A DNA stretch of 64,000 nt from Erysipelotrichaceae bacterium (lineage in GTDB: Bacteria > Bacillota_I > Bacilli_A > RFN20 > CAG-826), in the NCBI GenBank assembly GCA_012837435.1, contig DURD01000011.1, forward strand, positions 4,024 to 68,023, in the 5' to 3' direction. The notes under the pieces were generated by a model that saw nothing but the letters and a program-made list of their open reading frames with translations, searched no databases and was not told the DNA's origin. Within the stretch, counting starts at the first letter, position 1; each line of letters begins with the position of its first letter. The translations under genes were made by a program, and so were the position numbers. Positions 31,280 through 41,411 of this stretch are shown one piece after another.

Positions 31280-32017
31280 TTATTCTCCGCCGCATTCATT
31301 GTGGTCATCGCGTTCGATGCCCATACCTCTGCGAATAGCGGAAACCAAGATGTAATAAACAGGAATTACTAAAAACACCACCCACATAGGATGCCACAAC
31401 CCAGCCTCCAATCCTGGGTGTACCATACATACAAAAAAGAATACAAAGGCAGCAAGCATTGGCATATTGAAGTGATGAGGATTCCTTTTATCGATAGCCC
31501 TTATCACAGAACAAATAATCTCAGGGATAAAAAATACTATCCATCCGTTGTACCACATGCCTGCTAATGAACCTAATAAAATAAAGGCGATTGTGGCCAA
31601 TATGAACAACGCTCCTTCGATAATGTCGGTAACAATCCCTAATCTGGTTTTCTTTTTAGTAACAACCGTTCCGTCTTCTTTCACAAAACAGACGCCTTTT
31701 TTGTTGACCACTACCGATTGGCCTTCGTCGTCTTGAAAAGCAATGCCTTTGCCGCTGATGACAACTTTGTCTTTTTTATTTTTGACTTGTTCTTCGACGA
31801 TGGTTTCAATGTCTTCATCTGTGGCCAGTAGTTCATCTAAAGACACATCATATAGTTTAGCTAGACATATTAAATTGTCGGTATCTGGAGAAGCCTCGGC
31901 CCTTTCCCATTTACTTACCGCTTGTCTTGATATGCCTAGTTTGGAGGCTAATTCTTCTTGAGAATAACCATGTTTTTTTCTTAATTTGACTAACTTGTCT
32001 GCAATCTCAATCGTCAT
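31280..32017 (-). CDS. Membrane-anchored XRE-family HTH regulator
   Basis: HTH KHGYSQEELASKLGISRQAVSKWERAEASP at the N-terminus and 3-4 TM helices in the C-terminal 110 aa. ATG at 32017 follows AGAGAGGA. Confidence 0.8.
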   Translation of the reverse strand: MTIEIADKLVKLRKKHGYSQEELASKLGISRQAVSKWERAEASPDTDNLICLAKLYDVSLDELLATDEDIETIVEEQVKNKKDKVVISGKGIAFQDDEGQSVVVNKKGVCFVKEDGTVVTKKKTRLGIVTDIIEGALFILATIAFILLGSLAGMWYNGWIVFFIPEIICSVIRAIDKRNPHHFNMPMLAAFVFFFVCMVHPGLEAGLWHPMWVVFLVIPVYYILVSAIRRGMGIERDDHNECGGE

Positions 32018-32117
32018 ATCTATGTCCTCTCTTTCTGACATAAATAATTTAACTTTTATTTCTCGGTTGCGCCACCAACTCTGGTTAGAATTTACGCAAC
32101 TACCAGTTGCAACACGA

Positions 32118-33068
32118 TTAATTCTTTGCTAAAAACTCACCTATTAAGGCATCATACCGCATTTCATCACTCAATCTTACTCGCGAATGAGCGGCGTTTT
32201 CAAACACAACCCTTTGTTTGTTTTTAGAGCCGCATTTATCAAACAAAAGATCGTTTTGTTCAGGAAGGCAATAAACGTCTTTTTCTCCCCAAATAAAAAT
32301 GACTGGGGTAGTTAAATAAGACACATATTTGATAGGGCTAGCATCTTTAATACGACAACCAGTCAAAAAGAAAAACCAAATCCAAATTTGATAAAAAACC
32401 GGAAACAAAGCATGACCGTGTTCGATATAATGGCTTTTATATATATCTTTATAAGAGACAAAGTTACTGTCAAAAACGACTCCTTTTAGATAATTTTCTT
32501 TAAATTTAGACGCTGCAATACTAGCGACACATGATCCGACACAAATACCGTGTAAATAAAGGGACTTTTGATTTAATTCCTCGTGGAGGTAAACCATCCA
32601 AAGAATGACATCGTCGGCTTCTTTAATTCCACACGTGCTATACGTTCCTTCGCTTAATCCGTGCGCTCTTTGATCGATAACTAAAACATTAACCCCATTA
32701 TCTTTATACGGTTTAGCGTAATAATAAGAATACACTAACGTCTCCCTTCTTCCGGGAAGAATAATGACGGTTTTATCAAAACCATAATCGAACAACTGAC
32801 CCACTAATTTGAGGCCGTCTTTTGATTTGATCTCTAATTCTTTGATATATGAAGCTTGAGTTTTTGCCCAATCAACGCCCCTTTGCCACATCATCTCTAA
32901 TTCTTCAGTTCCTGGTTCTGAGCATTGTTCTCGACTCCAACCATCAGGTTTTTCTCTTTGCAAAGTCTTTTTATAGACGATACGCGCCACCAAAAAGGTA
33001 AAACTAAAATAAAAAACCAAACCCAAAACTAATAAAATTATTAAGATAGTAATGATAATTTCAGGCAT
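32118..33068 (-). CDS. N-terminally anchored alpha/beta hydrolase with a G-x-C-x-G elbow
   Basis: 316 aa. One N-terminal TM helix. Nucleophile elbow reads GICVG (32535-32549). C-terminal AAHSR. Confidence 0.7.
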   Translation of the reverse strand: MPEIIITILIILLVLGLVFYFSFTFLVARIVYKKTLQREKPDGWSREQCSEPGTEELEMMWQRGVDWAKTQASYIKELEIKSKDGLKLVGQLFDYGFDKTVIILPGRRETLVYSYYYAKPYKDNGVNVLVIDQRAHGLSEGTYSTCGIKEADDVILWMVYLHEELNQKSLYLHGICVGSCVASIAASKFKENYLKGVVFDSNFVSYKDIYKSHYIEHGHALFPVFYQIWIWFFFLTGCRIKDASPIKYVSYLTTPVIFIWGEKDVYCLPEQNDLLFDKCGSKNKQRVVFENAAHSRVRLSDEMRYDALIGEFLAKN

Positions 33069-33079
33069 ACACGTCCCCG

Positions 33080-34021
33080 CTATTTTCTAAGCAAGTCATC
33101 TAATATTGCTTTTTCCTTAACGCAATTTATAGATATTTGTTCATCTCCTGCATAAAAAGTCGCCACTAATCCAGGACCGACATTGCAGCCAGTCGATTGA
33201 CCAACGGGGACAACTATTAAATGTTGAGGGTTGAATGTTTGTTCAATTATTTTTTTCATTTCCAAAGCTTGTTTTTCTCTTCCAGAATAAGTGATAACAA
33301 ACACCTTATTTCGATAATCTCCGATGGTTCTTTGAATGTATTTTGGAAATATTTTCAGCAGCTGATTGTATCCACGTGCCTTGCCAATTACAGTCGATTG
33401 ACCAGTTTCATTACACAGCTCTGCAATCGGTTTAATTCCAATCATGTTGCCCATAAAAGCGACACCCCTAGAGATTCTCCCTTTCCTAGCTAGAAAGAAC
33501 AAATCATCTAATGTCCCACATTGATGGATTCTTTTTCTAAAGTGTTTTAAATAATTGACCGTTTCATCAAAAGACATTCCTTTTTCACGACATAAAGAAG
33601 CCTCGATGGCCATTAGTGATATCGCCGCGCCATATCTTAACGAATCAATAACTTCTATTTTGACAGACGGATATTTTTCCATCACTTCTTTTGAAGCGAC
33701 AGTATAGGCACTGTAGCCACCACTCATTGTAGAAGAAATGGTAATGACAATAACGTTCCTTCCTTTTTTTGCCAAAATGGACAAACGTTCATCCATTGTT
33801 TGAGGAGAGGATATAGAGCTATAAAAATTGTTTTTCTTAACACTCATTAAAGAAAAGAATTCGTCAGAACTCATTGTTTCCCAATATAAATCAGCATCCC
33901 TTTCTTCTCCGCTTGGCCAAACAATCTTAGACATCGGTGTTTCTTCAATGTCGTATTTCTTAATAATTTCTCTTGTAAAGTCACCACCGATGTCAGTCAT
34001 AATAGCGAAATTTTCTTTCAT
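33080..34021 (-). CDS. DegV-family fatty-acid-binding protein
   Basis: IMTDIGGDF N-terminus, ITISSTMSGGY, IDSLRYG. ATG at 34021 gives the usual DegV length; the track start at 34072 overlaps the upstream gene. Confidence 0.85.
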   Translation of the reverse strand: MKENFAIMTDIGGDFTREIIKKYDIEETPMSKIVWPSGEERDADLYWETMSSDEFFSLMSVKKNNFYSSISSPQTMDERLSILAKKGRNVIVITISSTMSGGYSAYTVASKEVMEKYPSVKIEVIDSLRYGAAISLMAIEASLCREKGMSFDETVNYLKHFRKRIHQCGTLDDLFFLARKGRISRGVAFMGNMIGIKPIAELCNETGQSTVIGKARGYNQLLKIFPKYIQRTIGDYRNKVFVITYSGREKQALEMKKIIEQTFNPQHLIVVPVGQSTGCNVGPGLVATFYAGDEQISINCVKEKAILDDLLRK

Positions 34022-34026
34022 AATGT

Positions 34027-35097
34027 TCAGTCCTTCTTCTTTCTCTTTCTCTTTCCATTTTTTATTTTCCAAGCTATGTATGCAAGGGGAAAATTAATTA
34101 AAAAAGATATTAGTAAACAAATAGCGTATGCGATAGGGGCATACCAATGAAGCAAAGAAAAAAAGACGGCAAATAGGCCGAATATTAAAACAGTTTTGAT
34201 AGAAGCGTATATGCCTTCGATTAGAATGCGCCTTCCCATTTTTCTAGTGGGCCAAAGAAACGAAGTTACGCCCATCAACAAGTAAAAATAGAAAACATAT
34301 GAAACGAATAAAAATAAGTAATTGAAAAGCCCAGTCCTATCGAAATTTATGTTTAAAAAAACCATTAAAAAAATGCTTGATAATCCACAAATTAATGGAG
34401 CAACAGCAATCGACCAAATCATTCTTTGGATTTTAAATGTATCGAGCCCTGGCCTAAAGTGAGAAGAAGCATTATCGTCTATATAGATGGTTTTGATGGG
34501 CACTTCTTCAATTTTTATTCTTTTGATTTGCAAGTTGCAAACAACATTCATTTCATAATCGTAACTGTTGCCCTGCAAAGGAATTAAATTGAAGATGTCT
34601 CTTATAGGAAAGCCTCTTAAACCACATTGGTCGTCTTGAATATATTCTTTGGTTAACATTGTTCGAAACAGTCTAGACATAAAATTCCCGTTCCTACTTC
34701 TTCTCGGCATGTCTTCTTTAAAATTACGACAACCAAAAACTACGTTATCTGTTTCGTATAGTTTGTCGCTAACTTTTAGAACATCTTCAACCGCATGTTG
34801 ACCGTCGTCGTCACAAGTAATGACATAGATATGATTTTCTTTATATAGGTTAATATAAGATAAGCCGAATCTCAAAGCGGCCCCCTTGCCACGATTCACT
34901 TCGTGTTTCAAAACTACCGCATACTCTTCTGCTTCTTTAAATATTTTTTGATGTTCAATAGAAGAACCATCATCAACAACAACGATATCAAAATTTTCAT
35001 TTTTTAGATTAATTAATAATCTTATTAATTGTTCGTCTGGTTGATAAGACGGAATTAATATAAAAGTATCATTTCTAGAGTGATTGTTATTCCCCAT
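34027..35097 (-). CDS. GT2-family glycosyltransferase with a C-terminal multi-TM domain
   Basis: ILIPSYQP, VVDDGSS, CDDDGQH (DxD) motifs. About 4 TM helices in the last 130 aa. Confidence 0.8.
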   Translation of the reverse strand: MGNNNHSRNDTFILIPSYQPDEQLIRLLINLKNENFDIVVVDDGSSIEHQKIFKEAEEYAVVLKHEVNRGKGAALRFGLSYINLYKENHIYVITCDDDGQHAVEDVLKVSDKLYETDNVVFGCRNFKEDMPRRSRNGNFMSRLFRTMLTKEYIQDDQCGLRGFPIRDIFNLIPLQGNSYDYEMNVVCNLQIKRIKIEEVPIKTIYIDDNASSHFRPGLDTFKIQRMIWSIAVAPLICGLSSIFLMVFLNINFDRTGLFNYLFLFVSYVFYFYLLMGVTSFLWPTRKMGRRILIEGIYASIKTVLIFGLFAVFFSLLHWYAPIAYAICLLISFLINFPLAYIAWKIKNGKRKRKKKD

Positions 35098-35139
35098 GCG
35101 TCTTATTATAAAAGAGAAACTATATTTTTTTAAATATGT

Positions 35140-35168
35140 TTGCTAACTTTGATTAATTTTGCTACTAT
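35140..35168 (+). promoter_or_regulatory. Sigma-A-type promoter upstream of rpmE
   Basis: TTGCTA, 17-nt spacer, TACTAT. Confidence 0.5.
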
Positions 35169-35226
35169 TTATGGGCAATCTTTCTTTGAACACATTTATC
35201 AGTTCAAGGCGGAAGGAGATTAAACT

Positions 35227-35442
35227 ATGAAAAAAGATATTCATCCACAGTACAATCGCTGTGTCATAACATGTATCTCTTGTGGAAACGAATTTGAAGC
35301 GGGTTCAACCCTAAAGGAAATCAAGGTTGATACATGCTCAAATTGCCATCCGTTTTATACAGGCAAACAAAGATTTGTTCAAGCCGACGGTCGTGTCGAT
35401 CGCTTTAATCGTAAGTACGGTATTGATAACGAAGACAAATAG
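35227..35442 (+). CDS. rpmE: 50S ribosomal protein L31 (zinc-binding type A)
   Basis: 71 aa. MKKDIHPQY and CxxC pairs CISCGNEF and [21 protein letters not shown]. Confidence 0.95.
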   Translation: MKKDIHPQYNRCVITCISCGNEFEAGSTLKEIKVDTCSNCHPFYTGKQRFVQADGRVDRFNRKYGIDNEDK

Positions 35443-35460
35443 ACTAAAACAAATGTTTGA

Positions 35461-35486
35461 AAAACTCCCTTTAGGGGGTTTTTTAT
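35461..35486 (+). terminator. Rho-independent terminator after rpmE
   Basis: AAAACTCCC / GGGGGTTTT hairpin followed by a T-run. Confidence 0.75.
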
Positions 35487-35515
35487 TCCCCTAAAAAAAT
35501 ATACAATAATTAGGT

Positions 35516-36469
35516 ATGAAAAAAAGAAAAATTACTGCGTTAATCGTATTATTTGGTGTCATCGTTCTATGGGGCATTGCTCCAGTGGTATCGAAGGCAC
35601 TTTTTAACGATGAAAATCCAGCTTATTCACCAGGTGCGCTCGTCGGGCTCCGTGGTCTTTTTTCCGTGATTGCCATGGCTATTATCATCAACAAAGGCTT
35701 TAAGAAAATTGATAGAACGTATTTAATCGCTCTTCCTGCTGGACTCATTCTAGCCGCTGCCTACATCTTCCAATTCGTGGGTTTGAAATATACGGTTCCT
35801 TCAAAAAACACTTTTTTAGAAAACGTTTCTTGTCTGATTATTCCGCTTTTCATGTTCATTTTTACCAAAGAAAAACCAACGTGGGCCAACATCATATCAT
35901 CAATTGTTTGTGTTATCGGTTCCGTATTTTTAATTGGTAAAGGTTTCGATCTATTAAATTTCTTTGACGAAGGAACTCTTCTTGGAGATGGTTTTTCCGT
36001 TGTCGGGGGAATATTTTTCGGTTTAGACGTTGTTTTTACCAAGGTATTTTGTAAGGACAAAGATCCTTTGATTTATGTTTTCTTACAACTTTGTGTTCTG
36101 ACCGTTGTTTCTTTTGCTTATTCCTTTATTTTTGAAGGCTTGGTTTTCCATAATTTTTATCTCTCGCTAAAGATTACTGATTTGCTATTAGCGATGTTTT
36201 TGGGTGTAATTTGTACCGCGGTTTCCTGGGTAGCTAGAGCATGGGCTATTCGTTATGTCAGCGCGGTCACAGCTTCAGTGATGGTGCCGCTTTCCGCGAT
36301 AGTGGCCACCACCCTTTCTATCGCTTTCGGTATGGAAGAATTTAATTACAATTTGTTAATCGGAGGTGCTATCGTTTTAATTTCCGTCAGCGTTTCAGCA
36401 ATTTTCGATTATTATAAAGATAAAGAAAAACTCAAAAAAGAAAATCTAGAGGAGGCTCATTTGCCATGA
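35516..36469 (+). CDS. EamA/DMT-family transporter
   Basis: 317 aa, about 10 TM helices in two EamA-like halves. ATGA overlap with metG. Confidence 0.8.
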   Translation: MKKRKITALIVLFGVIVLWGIAPVVSKALFNDENPAYSPGALVGLRGLFSVIAMAIIINKGFKKIDRTYLIALPAGLILAAAYIFQFVGLKYTVPSKNTFLENVSCLIIPLFMFIFTKEKPTWANIISSIVCVIGSVFLIGKGFDLLNFFDEGTLLGDGFSVVGGIFFGLDVVFTKVFCKDKDPLIYVFLQLCVLTVVSFAYSFIFEGLVFHNFYLSLKITDLLLAMFLGVICTAVSWVARAWAIRYVSAVTASVMVPLSAIVATTLSIAFGMEEFNYNLLIGGAIVLISVSVSAIFDYYKDKEKLKKENLEEAHLP

Positions 36470-38055
36470 AAAAAAGATTCTATATCACTACACCCATCTA
36501 TTATCCCAGTGCAAAACTACATATCGGTCATGCCTACTGCACAGTTTTAACCGATATTTTTGCCCGCTATAAGCGCCTGAGAGGCTTTGAATGTTATTTT
36601 CTCACTGGCTCTGATGAACACGGGCAAAAGATACAAAAGAACGCTGAAGAAGCAGGGGTTACTCCCCAAGAATTTGTCGATGATATTGTCAAAGGTTTTC
36701 ATGAACTCTGGGATTTACTATATATCTCTAACAACGACTTTATTCGCACTACTGAAGAAAGGCATGTCAAAGTGGTGCAAGATGTTTTTACAAAACTATA
36801 TGAAAACGGCGATATCTATTTGAGTAAATATAAAGGTTGGTACTGTGTACCTTGCGAAGCTTTTTGGACCGACACACAAGTAGGCCCTGATCATATCTGC
36901 CCTGACTGTGGCAGAACAGTACAAGTCGCTGAAGAAGAGACTTACTTTTTTAGGACCAGCAAATACATCGATCGACTATTAAAACTCTATGAGGATAATT
37001 CAAAGTTTATTACCCCCGAAAGTAGAAAAAACGAAATGATTAACACTTTCATTAAGCCGGGATTAGAGGACTTATGTGTCTCTAGAACTTCTTTCTCTTG
37101 GGGGGTGCCGATTAAGGAAAATCCTAAGCATGTCGTCTATGTTTGGCTCGACGCTTTAATCAACTATATCAGTGCTTTAGGATACGGCACGAAAAACGAT
37201 GAGCTATTTAAGAAATTTTGGGAAGATCCAGAATGTGAAGTCATTCATATTTTAGGCGCAGATATTACGAGATTTCACGCGATTTACTGGCCGATGTTTC
37301 TGATGAGTTTAGGCATTAGATGTCCCGATAGAGAATTTATTCATGGCTTGCTCATGATGAAAGATTCTAAGATGTCTAAATCCAAAGGTAATGTCGTCGA
37401 TCCCTATCCTCTCGTGGAACGATATGGCGTTGATGCTTTGAGATATTATCTCGCAAGAGAAGTGTCCTTTGGAAAAGACGGCAATTTTTCACCAGAACAA
37501 TTCGTCGAAAGAATCAACGTTGATTTAGCGAACGCATTAGGCAATTTGTTAAATAGAACAGTCTCCATGGTAAATAAGTATTATGAGGGTGTCATTCCTC
37601 CTTATGAAGGCGCAATAAACGACGTCGATAGCGAAATAGAAAACCTAACAAAACTAACGATTTCACAGTACGAAAAATTGATGGACGATTTAAAAATTAC
37701 CGAGGCGATTGTCGCGGTTAATGACTTAGTGAATAGAGCGAATAAATATATCGATGAAACGGAACCTTGGAACTTAGTAAAAGATGTAGAAAAGAAAGCT
37801 CATCTCGCTTCAGTCATGGTCCATTTGACCCACAGCATCTATGTGGCCGGCATGCTCTTAAAACCCGTCCTTGTCACGGCTTCTGATAAATTGTTCGATC
37901 AACTAGGAATTACAGGCGATTTATTAAATTATGAGAGCGTTTATAAATACGGTAGAACCGCGGGGTTACACGTGACAAAAAAAGACCAGTTATTCCCTCG
38001 TCTTGATTACGAAACGGAAGTAGAAAACATTCAAACGATGATGAATAATAAATAA
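36466..38055 (+). CDS. metG: Methionyl-tRNA synthetase (short form)
   Basis: HIGH variant LHIGHAY, KMSKS, and zinc knuckle CVPCE...CPDCG. Confidence 0.95.
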   Translation: MKKRFYITTPIYYPSAKLHIGHAYCTVLTDIFARYKRLRGFECYFLTGSDEHGQKIQKNAEEAGVTPQEFVDDIVKGFHELWDLLYISNNDFIRTTEERHVKVVQDVFTKLYENGDIYLSKYKGWYCVPCEAFWTDTQVGPDHICPDCGRTVQVAEEETYFFRTSKYIDRLLKLYEDNSKFITPESRKNEMINTFIKPGLEDLCVSRTSFSWGVPIKENPKHVVYVWLDALINYISALGYGTKNDELFKKFWEDPECEVIHILGADITRFHAIYWPMFLMSLGIRCPDREFIHGLLMMKDSKMSKSKGNVVDPYPLVERYGVDALRYYLAREVSFGKDGNFSPEQFVERINVDLANALGNLLNRTVSMVNKYYEGVIPPYEGAINDVDSEIENLTKLTISQYEKLMDDLKITEAIVAVNDLVNRANKYIDETEPWNLVKDVEKKAHLASVMVHLTHSIYVAGMLLKPVLVTASDKLFDQLGITGDLLNYESVYKYGRTAGLHVTKKDQLFPRLDYETEVENIQTMMNNK

Positions 38056-38064
38056 AAACAAAAA

Positions 38065-38098
38065 CCACGCCTATATTGATATACGGTGTGGCTCTTTT
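38065..38098 (+). terminator. Rho-independent terminator after metG
   Basis: CCACGCC / GGTGTGG 7-bp stem (one G-U pair), then CTCTTTT. Confidence 0.65.
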
Positions 38099-38122
38099 GT
38101 TAAATATGCCTATAATAAACTC

Positions 38123-39460
38123 ATGAAAATTGTTCGCGGAAAAGCCATTGATTTATCTAGTGAAGGCAAAGGTGTTGTTAAAAACGGTAAAGACATCATT
38201 TTTGTCGACGGTTTGTTTCCAAACGAAGAGGCGGATATTCAAATACTTTATCAAAGAGCAGGCGTCTATTTTGGCAAAGTGAAAAAGTTATACAAATTAT
38301 CAGAAGATAGAATCCAACCAAGGTGTAAAATATGTACTTCGTGTGGAGGATGTCAATATCAACAACTGGACTATCAAGCCCAGTTAAAATACAAAACCAA
38401 AAGAGTTAAAGAAGCCCTAGTTCGTATTGCCAAAGTCAACGCTGATGTCCAGCCTTGTATCGGTATGGATAATCCTTACAACTATCGAAACAAAATACAA
38501 GTCCCTTTTGCCAAAGATAGGAGGGGCGTGGTTAGGTTTGGATTTTATAAAGAGAACACTCATATCATCGTTCCAATAAAGCAATGTGTCATCGAAGATA
38601 AGAGAGCGGCGCCTATTTTATGGGACATTAAACTGTTGTTAGAAAAGATGAATATTCCGGTTTATAACGAAGATAGTGGAAAGGGAATATTGAGATACGT
38701 CCTAATCAGAACCAGCTATCATTACGATGAACTAATGGTGGTTTTGGTGACCACGTCCCTTAATTTTCCCGGTCAACGAAACTTTATAAATTCATTGGTA
38801 AAAAAACATCCGGAAATTACTACCGTTGTGGGGAACGTTAATTCCAGAAAAACCAATGTAGTTTTAGGGAGTAGAGAAAAAGTGCTATACGGACCAGGAC
38901 ATATTAAAGAAGATATCCTAGGTTTAACTTTCGAAATCAGTGCTTCTAGCTTTTTTCAAATCAATCCTATCCAAGTAGAAAAACTTTATAATGCCGTTCT
39001 TAATTTGATCGATGTCTCTAAAAATGAGACGGTTTTAGATGCTTATTCCGGTGTAGGAACGATCGGTTTAATTGTCGCGAAAAACGCTCGAAAAGTTATA
39101 TCAGTGGAAGTAAATAAAAGCGCGCATAAAAACGCTGTTGAAAACGCTAAAAGAAACAAGATCGAAAACATTGAATTTATTTGTGATGATGCGGGAGAGT
39201 ACATTGCTAAATGCGATGAGCAAATTGATGTAGTAATTATGGATCCCCCTCGAAGTGGTAGCGATGAAAAATTTTTATCCGCTTTAATAAGAAAAAGAAT
39301 TGGCAAAATCGTGTATGTGTCGTGCGACCCTGAAACCTTAGCAAGAGACATAAAATATTTATCAGATTACTACGATGTCAAATATGTGCAACCCATTGAT
39401 ATGTTCCCCATGACCGCTCATGTGGAAACTGTGGTTGGGCTGTGTCTTTGCAATGATTGA
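38123..39460 (+). CDS. 23S rRNA (uracil-5-)-methyltransferase, RumA/RlmD family
   Basis: N-terminal TRAM domain, Fe-S cysteine cluster CKICTSCGGCQYQ, SAM motif LDAYSGVGTIG, DPPRSG. Confidence 0.9.
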   Translation: MKIVRGKAIDLSSEGKGVVKNGKDIIFVDGLFPNEEADIQILYQRAGVYFGKVKKLYKLSEDRIQPRCKICTSCGGCQYQQLDYQAQLKYKTKRVKEALVRIAKVNADVQPCIGMDNPYNYRNKIQVPFAKDRRGVVRFGFYKENTHIIVPIKQCVIEDKRAAPILWDIKLLLEKMNIPVYNEDSGKGILRYVLIRTSYHYDELMVVLVTTSLNFPGQRNFINSLVKKHPEITTVVGNVNSRKTNVVLGSREKVLYGPGHIKEDILGLTFEISASSFFQINPIQVEKLYNAVLNLIDVSKNETVLDAYSGVGTIGLIVAKNARKVISVEVNKSAHKNAVENAKRNKIENIEFICDDAGEYIAKCDEQIDVVIMDPPRSGSDEKFLSALIRKRIGKIVYVSCDPETLARDIKYLSDYYDVKYVQPIDMFPMTAHVETVVGLCLCND

Positions 39461-39727
39461 TTCTTATTGCGTTCTTATTGCGCTTTTTAAACAAAACAAC
39501 AATTTAATATTTGGAAAATAAATTTGATAATTAATTCTCTCGAAGCTTTTAGAAAAAACAGCGATTTAAATGTTTTTTGCATATTTTTTTGCATATTTTT
39601 AAATTAACTATTCAAGTTATTTAAGGATCGTTTTTTGTCAAAACAGGCTGTAAGGACACTATCTTTTTTGAAAAGCGGTAAGTAGAATATTGATATTGAT
39701 TAACTTATTTTATTCAAGAAAAGCACT

Positions 39728-40414
39728 ATGAAAAGAAGTGATATCAACAATGCCCTAAAAGAACTAGAAGAGATGTGTAAACGTTATAATTTTGCCTTGC
39801 CTCCTTTTTGCTCATTCACTCCTGAAGATTGGAAAGTTAAAGGCCATGAGTACGACGAAGTTAGAGAATGTATGCTAGGTTGGGATATTACTGACTTCGG
39901 TTCAAACGACTTTAATCACATAGGTTTATCTCTCGTTACGCTTAGAAACGGCAATAAATTGATGAGCGACAAATACCCTAAAGTTTACGCCGAAAAAATT
40001 ATGTGTTTAAAAGAAGGGCAACATTGTCCAAATCATTTCCACTGGTACAAAACTGAAGATATTATCAATCGTGGTGGTGGTAATCTTCTCATCAGAGTTT
40101 ATAATTCGCTCCAAAATGAAGAAATCGATTATGAAAACGAAGTAAAAATTCTCAGTGACGGCAGATGCTATTTTGTTCCTGCTGGAACGTGGGTCAAGTT
40201 AACTCCAGGCGAGTCCATGCATATCTATCAAGGTCTTTATCACGAATTTGTTCCAGAAGAAGGTACAGGATCTGTTCTAATTGGTGAAGTAAGCCAGTGT
40301 AACGATGACAACAACGATAATCATTTCAACCCTCCTGTCGGTCGTTTCCCAGTTATTGAGGAAGACGAAAAACCATACCGTTTGCTTTGCAACGAATATC
40401 CCAAGGCTAAATAA
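39728..40414 (+). CDS. D-lyxose/D-mannose ketol-isomerase (cupin)
   Basis: 228 aa. WDITDFG, cupin metal motif CPNHFHWYKTEDIINRGGG. Resembles the YdaE-type lyxose isomerase family. Confidence 0.75.
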   Translation: MKRSDINNALKELEEMCKRYNFALPPFCSFTPEDWKVKGHEYDEVRECMLGWDITDFGSNDFNHIGLSLVTLRNGNKLMSDKYPKVYAEKIMCLKEGQHCPNHFHWYKTEDIINRGGGNLLIRVYNSLQNEEIDYENEVKILSDGRCYFVPAGTWVKLTPGESMHIYQGLYHEFVPEEGTGSVLIGEVSQCNDDNNDNHFNPPVGRFPVIEEDEKPYRLLCNEYPKAK

Positions 40415-40416
40415 CT

Positions 40417-41409
40417 ATGAAAAAAATAACTTTTGCGGGCAATTTGATTGTTGATTCAGTTAAAAAGATGGAAATTTATCCATCTCTGGGTATGCTTTCA
40501 AAGATAGAAAGTGAAAATTTTTGCGTTGGTGGAGTTTGCAACGTTTCTATTGATTTGAAAATCCTTGATCCAAAATTGAAAATTGAAGTTTTAGGGAGGA
40601 TTGGTAAAGACGACAAAGGAAGGTTTGTTGTTGATAAATTTAAATCATTAAACATCGATACGAAAAAGATTATTATTGACGAAAAAACATTGACTTCGTA
40701 CACAGATGTTATGACTGATAAAAATGGCGCTAGAACATTCTTTCAATATGGTGGTGCGAACGACAATTTTTCCCCTAAGGATGTTGACGTTGAAAATCTT
40801 GATACAGACATCTTCCATTTAGACTATTTATTGCTTTTACCATTATTTGATCAGGAAGATGATGAGTATGGAACAAAAGCTGCAAGATTGTTTGGAAAGT
40901 TACAAGAAAAAGGCATTAAAACCTCTTTTGATGTTGTTAGCGATAGTGGTGACAGGTATCAAAAAATAGTCATACCTTCTTTGAAATACACTAATTACGT
41001 TACCATAAACGAAGTTGAAATTAGCAAAATTACCAATTTTAAAGTCAGAGACGACAAAGGAAAAATCATTATTGAAAACATCAAACGTGCTATTGAACGT
41101 TTGTTTGAATTTGGAGTTAAAGATGTTGTAACCATTCATTGTCCTGAAGTTGCCGTCATGAAAAAGAAAGATTGTGGTTTTACTGTTGTACCAAGTTTTT
41201 CGATACAAAAAGAAATGATTGTTTCTTCTGTTGGTGCGGGCGATGCATTTTTATCTGGCGTTTTATATGGATTGATTAACAACTTAAGCGACGAAGAAAC
41301 GCTAAAAATTGCTCATGCTTGTGCAGCGAACAATCTTTTTGCTATTGATTCCATTAGCGGCGCCAAGCCGATTGAATATATCAGACAATATGTCGAAGAA
41401 AAGAGCTAG
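40417..41409 (+). CDS. PfkB-family carbohydrate kinase
   Basis: 330 aa. C-terminal ribokinase-family motif VGAGDAFLSG. Confidence 0.85.
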   Translation: MKKITFAGNLIVDSVKKMEIYPSLGMLSKIESENFCVGGVCNVSIDLKILDPKLKIEVLGRIGKDDKGRFVVDKFKSLNIDTKKIIIDEKTLTSYTDVMTDKNGARTFFQYGGANDNFSPKDVDVENLDTDIFHLDYLLLLPLFDQEDDEYGTKAARLFGKLQEKGIKTSFDVVSDSGDRYQKIVIPSLKYTNYVTINEVEISKITNFKVRDDKGKIIIENIKRAIERLFEFGVKDVVTIHCPEVAVMKKKDCGFTVVPSFSIQKEMIVSSVGAGDAFLSGVLYGLINNLSDEETLKIAHACAANNLFAIDSISGAKPIEYIRQYVEEKS

Positions 41410-41411
41410 AT

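Noticed and set aside
39461-39600. Short direct repeats TTCTTATTGCG x2 (39461-39482) and TTTTTTGCATAT x2 (39573-39596) upstream of the sugar cassette
   Set aside because: They are too short, and in AT-rich spacer DNA they cannot be distinguished from chance. There is no matching palindrome or adjacent regulator gene.
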